The notes below the pieces were generated by a model. The model searched no databases and was not told where the DNA came from. It saw only the letters and a list, made by a program, of their open reading frames with translations. Positions 12,754-24,700 of a stretch of 64,000 nt of DNA are shown piece after piece. The DNA lies in the NCBI RefSeq assembly GCF_018350175.1, contig NC_058368.1, forward strand, positions 116,436,001 to 116,500,000. Reading direction: 5' to 3'. The translations under genes were made by a program, and so were the position numbers. Source of the DNA: Felis catus. Lineage: Eukaryota. Position 1 is the first letter of the stretch. The number at the start of each line of letters is the position of its first letter.

Positions 12754-15225
12754 NNNNNNNNNNNNNNNNNNNNNNNNNNNNNNNNNNNNNNNNNNNNNNN
12801 NNNNNNNNNNNNNNNNNNNNNNNNNNNNNNNNNNNNNNNNNNNNNNNNNNNNNNNNNNNNNNNNNNNNNNNNNNNNNNNNNNNNNNNNNNNNNNNNNNNN
12901 NNNNNNNNNNNNNNNNNNNNNNNNNNNNNNNNNNNNNNNNNNNNNNNNNNNNNNNNNNNNNNNNNNNNNNNNNNNNNNNNNCAATCCTATTGAACCAAGT
13001 TGTTAATACTCTACTTCTAACAGGCATCTCACATTTTATGCTTGGAGATCATTTTTAGACTGCCTTGAAAAAGCATTTTGAAGATTAGTTACCTACCTGT
13101 TCTGTGTTAAACATTCCTTGTTTTCTCGTTCTCTTCCCTATCATTTTGTAAGTGGGAAAGTTTTAAGCCCCTGCAATGTGTCTTACCTGACTTTAGCAGA
13201 TAGGCCTTTGCGAAGTTTAGCTCTTTATGGATCACAAGTGTCAATAAGAACAATAGGACTGCAATCAGGTGACACTGAACAAACGTAGGGACACCCAAAT
13301 CATCAACTTCAGGTTCCTTTTGTGCTTCCTGATTTTTATCTAAAGATTATTTTGTTATAGTGTTTTATGTTTTATTTGGGTTGGGACATAGGAGTGGGTG
13401 GGAATACCTCCTGTAATGCTGTTGTATTGTTGAATCAGCAGAGTAATGTTTATAAATATGTAACTAATTCTGGACTTAGTTCCACAGCCCCAAGTATGAA
13501 GAGCCAATATGTTTAACAAGCTAAACACAGGAACACTAGAATGGATTGCTTTGGCCAAACTATAGGCTATGCCAAGAATCTGATGCAATAGAGAAGGAAA
13601 AACAAGCCTCTGAAAAGAACAGTCATCAACTTATTCATGTTTTAATATAGTAGAGTGTCCTGGTCTTATGGATAGGCAATCCAGAAAACAAAACAAAACA
13701 AAAAAATGTAAGGCCAATAGAGAAGTCAAAACATGTGTCAAGGCAAAGAAGAATATGTAAAAAATTAAATTAAAATAACTAGCAGCAGAACCATACAAGC
13801 AGCACTTTTCAACTTTCATACCAACAGGAGTTCTTAATCTTACCTCCCTGGCTCCTAAAGCCACCACTAAGTGGGACACACCAAGTTCTGTGTTAGACAA
13901 ACCTGATTCTTTCGTTTTCCATATCATCTTACATATGAGTCTTTAAGCTCATTTCTTATTTTCTATTTTGAATGGATTTGAAAAGTATCACACATGTTGA
14001 AGTTACTGCTTTTTTAGTGCTTGATAACCAAATCAAGTATTTTCAAGAGATGCCTTTACCTTGAGGGTGACAAAAGACCCCTTGGGTCACCTGTACACCT
14101 TGCTATTTGTATTTACCACTAACAACAACAACAAAAATCACCTAATAGTAAAATGAATGAAACTACTCTTGGTGAAACATATACTAGTGACAGATAATAT
14201 TAAGTAAATTATTCAGTGGGACAAAAATGTTTTTCCTATCTTAACAATCTACAATGCATTTGAATTATCTGGGAGAGCCCTTAACCCTGTCTTCTGCACC
14301 TTGAGTATAACAGGATAAGAAATTTTATCTCAGGTCAGGAACTATAATCCATGAGTAGAGGGGACAATTATGAGAAACCCCTAGGAGGATTAGGAAGAAA
14401 CAGGAGCTGTGCAGTTGGTAGTAGTTACTCAGGATACCCTCCTCCCTGCCCTCCTACCAGCACTGCGTTCTTTTCTATTTGGATCCCTCCTCCCCAACCC
14501 ATTTTGCCTGCTATAATCTCTTCTTCCTCTGTCTTGCCTCTTCCTGGCATTACTTTACTGCTATTTTACCAACCTGAACCTTGGATTAAACCTAGCTCAG
14601 GTAAGAATTTAATTACTTTCAAAATATACAAGGGATTTGGGGGGAGGCAGCATGGGTGCAGTGGAATAAGAGAGGCCTAAATTCTGTTTTCATTTCTGCC
14701 GCTTGAAGCTCTATGACCTTAGGCAAGTCCTTTTTCATTTCTGGGCTTCACTTTCCTCATCTAAAAATAAAATTGAACGTAAATGAACTCAAAAGTGTCT
14801 CTCAGTGCTAACACTTCTTTTTCTTGTGAAATGGATATATGGTATGGGAATACTGGAAACGAATAGAATGTTTACATTACTGAGGTTTGAGAGCCACTAC
14901 CACTGGTTCTCACATGGAATCAGAAGCCTGCTATTGTGGGGAACAGTACTGATTTTGAGATTTTAACAGAGGCAGAAGAAAACCTTGCACATTCATAGTG
15001 AGACTTCAAATCATTAAGAAATGTCCTGCTGAGGCATAGATCAAACCCCATCAGAATGAGAATAACAGCTCTTTCAAGGAGTAAAACTATATCATCAAGG
15101 TTTCTGGACCCACTTATTGCAAGTAGTATTTAATGTAATAAAATTCGACCACCAATAAAATCATTGATGTTTTAAGACCCTTTAAACCTATTGTGGCTAC
15201 AGTGTGCTGACTTGCCCTTTTATAG

Positions 15226-15335
15226 GCCAGTCTGCTTCCTTCAGTCCCTGCTCTCAAAGGGGAAATCCTATCACCTCAGCTAACCAGAACGAAGAAGAGA
15301 GTTGGACAGCCAATGGTGGCCTCTCCCAACCAGAG
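15226..15335 (+). CDS. ANKHD1-EIF4EBP3: Bridging exon of the ANKHD1-EIF4EBP3 read-through (MASK-BP3)
   Basis: cccttttatag|GCCAGT...CCAGAG|gtaaga, 110 nt, phase 0 to phase 2. Reads ASLLPSVPALKGEILSPQLTRTKKRVGQPMVASPNQR in frame with ANKHD1 exon 12014-12178, closely matching the recalled human MASK-BP3 sequence. Confidence 0.9.
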
Positions 15336-16032
15336 GTAAGAAATCTCAGGACTCAGAACTACAATTTTCATCTGTTCTTGTAGGTTCTGGCCAAATCCTC
15401 CTCTCATCCTCAAAGCTTCTCGAAGGGGAAAGGCTAGTCATATTATAGTTTCAAGCCAAACCAAAAGGAATAGTTAGTAAACCTGGTTCTGTCCCACTGT
15501 TTAAGACCTTTGGACCACACTATAAACCCAGGAAGTGGCAAATAAGCCTGTAGGAAAACAGCTTCTGAACATGTTGTTCTCTAACCAGTCCTAGATCTCT
15601 TCTACCAAGAAGTGTTGCTGGTTGTGACGTCTTCCCAGTGGACCCTGTCCTGGGGTGAGGGGCTCTGATAACACTGTTTTCTGTTCATCCTTAAACATTT
15701 GTCACCATTTGCCATCGGGCAGATTCTTCACCTTTACTTTCTCCTGTAGCAAATAAATGAGAGAAAGATGGTTTTAAGTACCCAGACTTATACGTATTAA
15801 GACCACTTCCAATAAAGAACAGAAGGCTGGGCTCCAAGACCAGATTTGGAAAACAGGATCATGAGTCTTACCATCAGATTGCCAACCTATTTTGTGATTA
15901 TGTTTTACCTCCTGTTTTATCCTCATGGTATTCGTATAAGTCCAAAGTACTTTGTCTGGTAGCAGGGACCTGATACTCCCTTATAGGCTTAATCACATCT
16001 TGGAGCCTGGGCGCAGGGCTTTTTTGCTTGTT

Positions 16033-16279
16033 CTATTTTTTTGTTTTGTTTTGGGTTTTTTGTTGTTTTTTTGTTTTTTTAATGTTTATTTATTCTTGAG
16101 ACAGAGACAGAGCATGAACAGGGGAGGGGCAGAGAAAGAGGGAGACACAGAATCCGAAACAGGCTCCAGGCTCTGAGCTGTCAGCACAGAGCCCGACGCG
16201 GGGCTCAAACCCACAAACTGTGAGATCATGACCTGAGCTGAAGTCAGATGCCCAACTGACTGAGCCACCCAGGCGCCCC
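16033..16279 (-). mobile_element. CAN-SINE
   Basis: Full-length body with T-rich tail; flanking tgcttgtt repeat. Confidence 0.92.
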
Positions 16280-17348
16280 TGCTTGTTAGTTTTAAACTCC
16301 CATATTCTAATGGGAAGTCAGTGTTGAGACTCTGCATGCATGATATATCTGACTTTCTCTCTCAAGCCAACAACCTGTCTCTAGTTCCCCAGCCCTTAAA
16401 GCACACAGCACCTCAAAATTAAGCTCCTAGCAGTAGTATTACAGTAGTATTAGCTGTTGCTATTGCTTTGTAGTAGAAATTAACAGAAGGGTGACCTCAC
16501 TTCCACACTGATCCTTCTTGAAAACATTTTACACTTCTCTTCTAGGTCTCCTCCTTGCACTGGTCTTTCTCAGTCTCTTTTGGTGAATCCCCTTCCTCTA
16601 CTACCCCTTAAATAAATGTTGTTGATGCGCTCAGGCCTCTTTGTAGGCTGTATCGTCTGTCCAGGTGATCTTATCCCACACTCTTGGATTTCACTCCACC
16701 CAGATGTGAATCACTAGCCCAGATTTCTCCCCCTGAGCTTCAGACCCATGTATCTAGCTCCTTACTGTGCTGTTCCAGCTCAGCATTCCACACAGAATAT
16801 GCATTCCCCAATATAAGATAGGCATCTCATGTTTTCCCTGTTATACTACCAAGGCTCTCAAGTCAGAAGATTGGTAATTACCCTAGCTTAGCTCCCTCAC
16901 CCTCACTCCATCCTTAATCAATCATCTTATCTTCCCCCCTCCTGTCCATTTCTCTCCATCCTTACAGCCACTGCTCTTCTGCCCACTCCATTTCACTAGG
17001 CTAGAATCTTCACCTTCAGTCTCACTGTCCTCCAGCCCATCCCTCTCTCCCCCAACCAGACTTACCTCACTCAACTTAGAAGCTGAGTTTTGATAGACGG
17101 CTTCCCACAATCTGCTCCCAAGCCTTACCCTCCGGCACTGTCAAGACACTTCTTTTAGGCATACACCACTTTGTAAGAAACTCGAGAACATTTTGGAAAC
17201 AATAAAATATACATATCCTTGCTACCTGAAGTGTTACTCTAAGGACCTACAGACCTAAGGGACCGCATCACCTGGAATCTTATTAAAAACCCAGAATCTT
17301 AGGTGCACATTAAAATTTGAGAAGCACTGAGTTATTAAAATACAACTT

Positions 17349-17915
17349 AAAAAAAATGTTTATATATATTTGAGAGAGACAGAGACAGAGCACAAGCAGG
17401 AGAGAGGCAGAGAGAGAGGGAGACAGAACCTGAAGCAGGCTCCAGGCTCTAAGCTGTTAGCACAGAGCCCAACGAGGGGCTCAAACTCAGGAACCTTGAG
17501 ATCATGACCTGAGCTGAAGTCCGATGCTTAACTGACTGTGCCACCCAGCCAGCAGCCACCCCTAAAATACAACTTTTTTTTAATGAGTGTAAAAATCAGA
17601 GCTAAGGGAAAATCAGATGAAGCCAGAACTGAAGTAACATTAATACTGACATATGCAGGAAGTCCTGTGGTCCATACTTAATGGGGTAGGTGGTAATGCT
17701 GATTTTGAGGAAGTCAGAAGAGAAGTGGATCAAATCAAGATTTTCTGTGGTGTTTATTTAATTTTGAGAGAGTGTGTGCTAGCAGGGGAGGGGCAGACAG
17801 AATTCAAAGCAGGCTCCACATTATTAGCACAGAGCCCAATGGTGGGGCTGCAACTCACTAACCATGAGATCATGACCTGAGCGAAAGTCAGACGCTCAAC
17901 CAACTGAGGTGCCCC
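17349..17915 (-). mobile_element. Two CAN-SINEs (17349-17562 and 17744-17915)
   Basis: TSDs taaaatacaactt and aaatcaagattt respectively. Confidence 0.88.
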
Positions 17916-18479
17916 AAATCAAGATTTGTAGTATATGTAGGCACTAGGCTTAGTACTTAGTCTTCCACCACCTCTCTCCCGCCTCCTTTCCTATCACTGT
18001 GCCTACATCAAAAAATCTTCTAAGGCCAGCCTCTCTGATCTTCCTTTCCAGAGGGCTAAAGACAAAGCTCTTCTCACCAGCCCCCTGCCCTTTTTTAGTT
18101 TCCTGAGGTTAGCTGTGGCAGCGAGATGAAAGGACAGGCCTCTCCTGTCGCCCGACAGTTACTCATCCTTTAATCAGTCCAGGTATCACTTCTTCCAAAA
18201 AGCCCACTCTCCCTCCCTGACCTTTCCCTTCTTGCTGTGCAGCAGGCCATGGGGCCACTTTTGACCCTATATACCGTAGTTGACTGATGGGAGGCAGTGA
18301 CCAGCTGTGAAGGACACAGGTTCTGGAATCAGATACGCTCAGGTCTGAAACCCAGCTCCCCCTCCCACAAGATAGGACTCGGAACCAGGGACTTAACCAC
18401 TCTGGGCTTTAGTTTCCTCACCTGTAAAATGTGGCTAATAATAGTGCTTTACTGTCTAAAACTGTTGAGAGGAATGGAT

Positions 18480-18838
18480 GAATGAACACGTGGCAGTAAT
18501 GTGTGCCATACCTCACTGGTCCCGGCGCCCAGCTCAAACCGTAAATAGTAAACAGCTGAGTGGCTACAGCAGCGTCAGGCCCGCCAATGATGCGCTGGGA
18601 GGAAATGAAGGCTTGTGCCTGGGGTTTGAGGCTCTCCAGCTTTCTCCGCGTCGGGTTTTCGCTCTCCCGGGTGGGGCGGGACCCTCGGATTGAGTGACGG
18701 CTGGTGGCCCGCCCCGGGCGTGACGTCGTCCTAGTGTTGTTGCTGAGGCCGCACGTGGTCCGCTGAGTCCGCTTCAGACTTAGCTGCACTCCGCGTCCTC
18801 TGCACGAGCCGATTGCCTACCTGCTTGTCCCGTTCGCT
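18480..18838 (+). promoter_or_regulatory. EIF4EBP3: EIF4EBP3 CpG-rich promoter / 5' UTR
   Basis: CpG-rich; E-boxes CACGTG at 18487 and 18752, CCAAT near 18583, GC box GGGGCGGG near 18674, CRE-like GTGACGTC at 18720-18727. Confidence 0.7.
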
Positions 18839-20352
18839 ATGTCCACATCCACGAGCTGCCCGATTCCCGGGGGCAGGGACCGGCTGCCCGACTGCTACAG
18901 CACCACGCCTGGGGGCACGCTATACGCCACTACCCCAGGAGGTCAGCGGGCCGGGCTGGGGGGTCCGGGGGCTTTGGGCAGGCCAGCGCGTGCGTGCGAC
19001 TCGAGGGAGGGCTGGAGGTGCAGGTCTTGGACTCCATTCGCAGGCCCTTCTGCAGGTTGTAGCTTCCGCAGGGGCTGAGAGATGTTTGAAACTGAAGCCC
19101 AGTACCCTGAAACCTCAAAGTGATGCAACATGGCCTTGAGCCTAGCTTCCGGGTGACTATGTGCCTTGCTCACCCGCCCCTCCCAACTTTGCCGCCGGGG
19201 AGTAGGAGCCGAAGCCCCAGCTGAGCGTGGCCTCAGCAGGAAGCACCAGGTCTTGCAAAGCAGCTACAGCCGGGCTCAACTGGGCTCAGGCAGTTGGGGC
19301 CAGGATCTTCGGGCTGGCTGCCTGGGATCTTGAGCTGCTGGGCTCCCGACCCAGGGTTTCCTGCCACGTGGAGGCTGAGGGGAGGGAGGGGCAAGAACAG
19401 GGTAAGGCCCTTTGAGGACAGAATTGGGGCCAAGTTCCTCTAGGCTGGGACAGGGCCTGATAGGACTTGGGAGGGGTCAGGATAAGAACAGTATGTCCCT
19501 GTGTCTCATGGGGAAAGCAGCTGTCCAGAGGAACACAGCCTTTCCCTGCACGTATCAGAACCCAGGTGGTAGCAGGGGTGAAACGCCTTTTTACATTGTT
19601 ATTTGGCTTCCTGATCCAACTGCGTGAAGGGATAAGGCCCCCACCCCCACCGAAGCCCAGAATTTCCAGAGCCAGCAGAGCCAGACAGGAACAGCCTGAA
19701 CCACCTGAAGTCTCCCAGGTTTTGTGCTCCTCTTAGAACTGTGACCTGAACCTATCCTAAACCAAAAGCCCCTGGGCATCCCACTTGCCTTATGGCACTG
19801 AACCACATCTTGGTTAGACCTGGAAGTCTTAAAGTGCTGTGAAGGCTAGTCAGCTAAGATCCTGGCTAGGCTGCAGAGTACTAGCCCTTTAATACATGGG
19901 GTAATATGACTCCCAATTTCCTAAAAGGCTTGTGTGTGTGGCACCCCGGATAGCTCCATCCCCAAGTTCTGGCCTCTTATCTAGTCCNNNNNNNNNNNNN
20001 NNNNNNNNNNNNNNNNNNNNNNNNNNNNNNNNNNNNNNNNNNNNNNNNNNNNNNNNNNNNNNNNNNNNNNNNNNNNNNNNNNNNNNNNNNNNNNNNNNNN
20101 NNNNNNNNNNNNNNNNNNNNNNNNNNNAGCTGGAGGAGCTGAAGGAGCAGAAGGAGACAGAGGAAGAGATACCCGGTAAGGAAAGCAGGGCCTAAAATTA
20201 AGAAATGCCTGGAGTCCAGATGCCCCTGTGAAGTAGAGTGGGAGGTTAATGCTGAGAGGGGCTTCTGGACTGATGCTGAGCTTGTAGCCCAGCAACCATT
20301 CCGACTGCCTTCTCTTTCTCCAGATGACGCACAATTTGAAATGGACATCTGA
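18839..20352 (+). CDS. EIF4EBP3: Eukaryotic translation initiation factor 4E-binding protein 3
   Basis: Exon 1 18839-18941 ([34 protein letters not shown]). Exon 2 starts in gap 19988-20127 (about 20002) and ends at 20175 (..[15 protein letters not shown]). Exon 3 20324-20352 ([10 protein letters not shown]-terminal TOS motif FEMDI). The eIF4E-binding YxxxxL-phi motif is hidden by the gap. Confidence 0.96.
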
Positions 20353-20652
20353 TCCAGTGCAGACGATCCCGTGTGGAGTTAGAGGAATTCCTCATGCCGC
20401 TGCTGCCATCACTTCTTCCTGGGGTATTCCAAACGTCAGTTGGCCTCATCTAATTTGGAAGGGAGTGACTTGTTGGTTTCAGGCCTCCCTTAATTCTGAA
20501 GCAGCTAGACCAGGGATAGGAGTGGGCAACTTGCCAAGCCCTTAGCTCTACTTTCCCTTTGGTCTGTAGGTACTCCTCCCAGCTCCCAGCCCTCCGTCAT
20601 CAGGGACTGAGGCTGGGACTGAGGGATGGAGTATGTCACTGTCTGACTGCTT

Positions 20653-20658
20653 AGTAAA
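20653..20658 (+). terminator. Candidate variant polyadenylation signal (AGTAAA) for EIF4EBP3
   Basis: About 300 nt after the stop codon; no canonical AATAAA seen nearby. Confidence 0.4.
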
Positions 20659-21550
20659 CATTCAAAGAAATGCCTTGACTCCAGTGTTCTCCTCATCACT
20701 GACCTTGCCATGTCAGCCACACAGCTGAGCGCCCCAGCAGACCTGGTTAGTATCAGCAGCCCCTTCCCAGCTGTCACTGGGCCCACTTCCAGAGCCTGAC
20801 GCAGGCAATGGGGGCAGGCTACAGGAGCCGCCCAACAGCAATTGCCTGACCCCAGCCAAGGGCTGTTCCATCCTTTCCAGGAAGCAGCCTTCCTGTAATT
20901 GGGCCTCTCCCTATCTATTCCAAAGCGGGGAAAAAAGAGGCACTACCCCAGGGTTTCACCTTCTCCAGTCACTCCCCATGCCTTTTCTGCCTCCCACCTC
21001 TGAAGATCAGCCCCCTATTACAACACTGAAAACCTCTATCTTCCCTTACCAGCATGATTTGAACCTCTGTAGCCCCTTCACATGGCTCTATTGTTCTCAG
21101 AGGGTTAGAAGATACTTTCAAGCCCAAATTGAGGCCCCAAAAGTCACAGTCCATGATCCCCTACCTCAGCAATCTGCTCTTTTTCTCCTTCATTGTATGC
21201 AGCTACGTTCTAATCTCTGTAGCACTGTCTATCTCAAGGGTGACAGAGTACAAATAAGGCAGTCTCCTTTCCTTGAGGGAAAAATCTCCCCTGCTATGGA
21301 GCCTCTGTTCTCATACTGAAATGAAGTCATCCAAAAAGGGATACTCAGCCCAGCAAGGAATGTGTGTTTAGTCTATTTTGGGGGGAAATGGCAGCAAGTG
21401 ATCATGCCTAGCAGGGCCATTCATGATGAAAGAAGGAAGAACAGAGGTCCGCAGCGTATACAAGGAGCAGGGCAGTCAAGGACACCATAGGGGACCAGTT
21501 TGGCACAAAAAGGGCTCATCTCTCCTACCCTGGCCCACTACAGAGATGTT

Positions 21551-21556
21551 TTTATT
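21551..21556 (-). terminator. SRA1 polyadenylation signal AATAAA
   Basis: tttatt on the + strand, about 200 nt downstream of the SRA1 stop. Confidence 0.75.
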
Positions 21557-21754
21557 GAAATGTATGTTATGGGTAACAAGTGACTTCCTATGGCCCAGGT
21601 GGCACCTCTTCCCCCAGAGGTGGGTGCATCAGGCCAAGGATCCCAAGGGGGCAGTCTCCCAAGTGGTTAAGAGGGAGCCAAGAGAGAGCAGGCCTCTCTG
21701 CCAAGGCATAGGAAATGATGTGAGTCTAGGGATCCCATAAGATTATGGAACCTC

Positions 21755-24700
21755 TTAGACACCTGGTACCATCTGGTTCTCCTCAGCTGTGTCTGTAGAT
21801 TTTTCTTCATTGGCCTCTTCTTCTGAAGACAGATTCCTCTTTTCCGCAATTAATCTTTTAACTCCCACCATCCACTGACTGACCTCAGTCACATGGTCAA
21901 CCATGAGTGAGCGGTGGATGTCATCTGCTGCTTCCCACTGGTGACCTGAAAGCTCTGAGGAAAGAAAAGGGCTAAACAAGCAGCTTGGGGCAAAAGAACT
22001 AGCTCCCACTCCTCTCCTCCCAACTAGTCAGAACCTCAGCATCTATTCCAGCTCAGCCATCCACAACAAATTGGGGGTTCTCTAGGCCATACCAAGTGAC
22101 CTACCCGTACCTTGCACCAGCAGAGCCATCCTCTTCTTCACAGGTACTGACAGCTTCCCTCCAGCCCATTGTTCCTGCAGTAGAGCCAGGCGTCGGCTGA
22201 TGTCATCACATACCTGCTTCTGAGAGACGGAAGCCCCCTCCAAGTCAGTGCTGCCAGCCCAACAGGGGCAGAGGAAAGGCAACACCAGATAGGAAGCACC
22301 TGCTTTCTCAGGCCCCGGGGAACTTCACACTTAATCTGGTTAGAAGCCCCATTGAGATTCTCATAAAACTTAGGGATCTCCTCCCAAGAGAAATGCATGT
22401 ATGGCTAGAATTTTTAAATTTCCGGAGTTTCTCAGATCCTCAGAAACTCATTCTGTAGTACACCTTTACAAATAAGAAAACTAAGCACCAAAGAAGTAAA
22501 ACTTACTATGTTACTTTCCTTTTAGACTCCTCAGATCCCTTGCCTCCAGAGAACAAAGAAAATACCATAGATCCAAAAAGAGGGTTTCCCTCTCCCTCCC
22601 TGAGCACAGAATCAGCAGGGTCTCCTCTGAATGGCCTAGAGGTAGGAAAATCAAGTTATCATCACTAATGGGAGATGAATTTAATTCTTGTTCCTATCAG
22701 CCTCTTAACTTCTTTGGAAATCCTGTGAACCCACCTGAAATTCTGTGTTCATTTTTCTGGTAAGTCCTTAGCAGATTCTGAAGGGAGTCCATAACTCAGA
22801 ACTGGGTAAAAGCCAATGCTGATAGGATTAGAGGGTCTACCCTTGGGAGCCACACTGCATCTGGCTGTCGATGGCAGTCCTTCTATCACCCACTAGTGTG
22901 TCAAGGCTTATTACCTTTGTGTGACCGCGGCAATCCTCCAATGCCTCTTCCAAAGGTTTGAGCACGTCTTCCAGTAGAGTTTCAGATTCGGTGACTGAGA
23001 AATTTGCTGGCTCCACACTGGAGGCAGGACAACTCCCCACAGGTGGGGGCCTGGGAGCCTTACTCACAGGAGGTGTAGGCCCCATTGGGGGGAGCCCCGT
23101 AGAAGTCTGTGAGGTGGGGACTGAAAAGGGAAAGTGGAATCAAGCAAACATGGCTAAAACAGGTAAGAAGCTCAACTATAACTTCATCTCTTCTAGAAGG
23201 CTACTCTCTGGGACAACTCATTCATTCAAAAATGAGTATTTATGAAGTCTACCATGAGGCAATGTGCAAAGCACGAGAGACAGAGTACTAAACCAGACAG
23301 ATTAGGTTCCTAACCTCAGAGCAGAAATTCTAGAGAAAGGAAAGCACACGCATGCACACACACACACACAAATTCCCGATCTGCATGCTACAAAGAAAAC
23401 ATGATGTAATAAAAGAAGAATACTAGAGGGAACTACTTAGACTGAGTGTTCAAGGAAGGCCTTGTGAGGTGCCTTCTAAGTTTGTCCTTGCTCATCCACT
23501 ATGTGGCATTTAGCAAGTTACCTTTAACCCCTAAGCTTGTATTCCTCTTCTGTAAAATGGGGATATCCTGGTAGCAGCACTTAACTTTACAGGGTTGCAG
23601 TGTACATAATATAGGTGCAGGTGCTAGATTTCTGTGTAACAAAGTCCTCACAAAGTTAAGAACTAACGGATGAGGTACATGCATCCAGGAAGAGTTGAAG
23701 GAACAGTGAACCAGGCAGAGATAAGGGCAGTGTCTAACAGGCAGGAAAAGTCCTGATTTGTTCAAGTTACACAAACCAGCCCTGGATGGCTGGAAATTAG
23801 TAACACTGAAGAAAGTAGTATGTGCAATCTCTGGAAAAGCAAGCAAGGGTCCAGACCCTACAGAGCTTTGGAGGAGTTTGGTCTTGAGGGCTAATGGTAA
23901 TGGGAAGCCACTGCAGGTTTATAAATCACAGGGGGTGATGTGACTAGTCTTGTTTAAGACAATCACTCTGTATGGTCCAAGAAAGATGAATGAGAATAGG
24001 TCAAGAATGGAGGCATGTACAATGGTTGAGAGGTTAACGGAGTAGACCAGTAAAGAGAAGGCTGCCATGGACCAGAGGGAAAGAGCAGATGAGGGGAAAT
24101 GAAGTGGCTTTAGATTAATTTAGGAGGCAGCGACAGGACTTTATGGATTGGGAGTGAGAGGGAGAGGCGTCAAGGATGACTCTTGGTTTCTGCCTTTAGT
24201 AATTGGGTGGTGGAAAGCACTGTGGAAAAAGAAAATTAGAAGAGAAAAATCAATTCTAGGCATCAACATCTATGTGGATGATTAACTCATCTAATATTTG
24301 ACCTCTTGGTTTCTTGAGCTCCTCACCTCCAATGATGATTTTCCCCACCCCTTCCTTAGCATCTCACACCTCTCTGTCTTGTTCACAACACTGCCATCTC
24401 CAAAATCCGACCACCTCCCCTATCCTTCCAGCCCCATCAATTAGATTTCATGGTACATTAAAATCACTCCCTTATAAACACTCTCCCCTCACTTATCCCC
24501 TCCCATTGTCCCACTTTCCTGGTAAAGCCAACTTGCCTGCACTTGCTGGAAGGAAAAACAGAACCGAGCTTTTGAGAGTTACACTTGAAATCCATGGGTA
24601 CAGATTTCAAAAGGTACCCAACACTGGAATTCCTATCCTTTGCCTTGTTTTTCCATTCTTCACCACAACCATTTTCACATTTTCCCTCTCGATTTGTCTA

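Noticed and set aside
14461-14600. Second candidate intergenic exon ending at a strong donor CAG|GTAAGA (14601)
   Set aside because: It has an in-frame TGA when joined to ANKHD1, low-complexity pyrimidine content and no recognisable homology.
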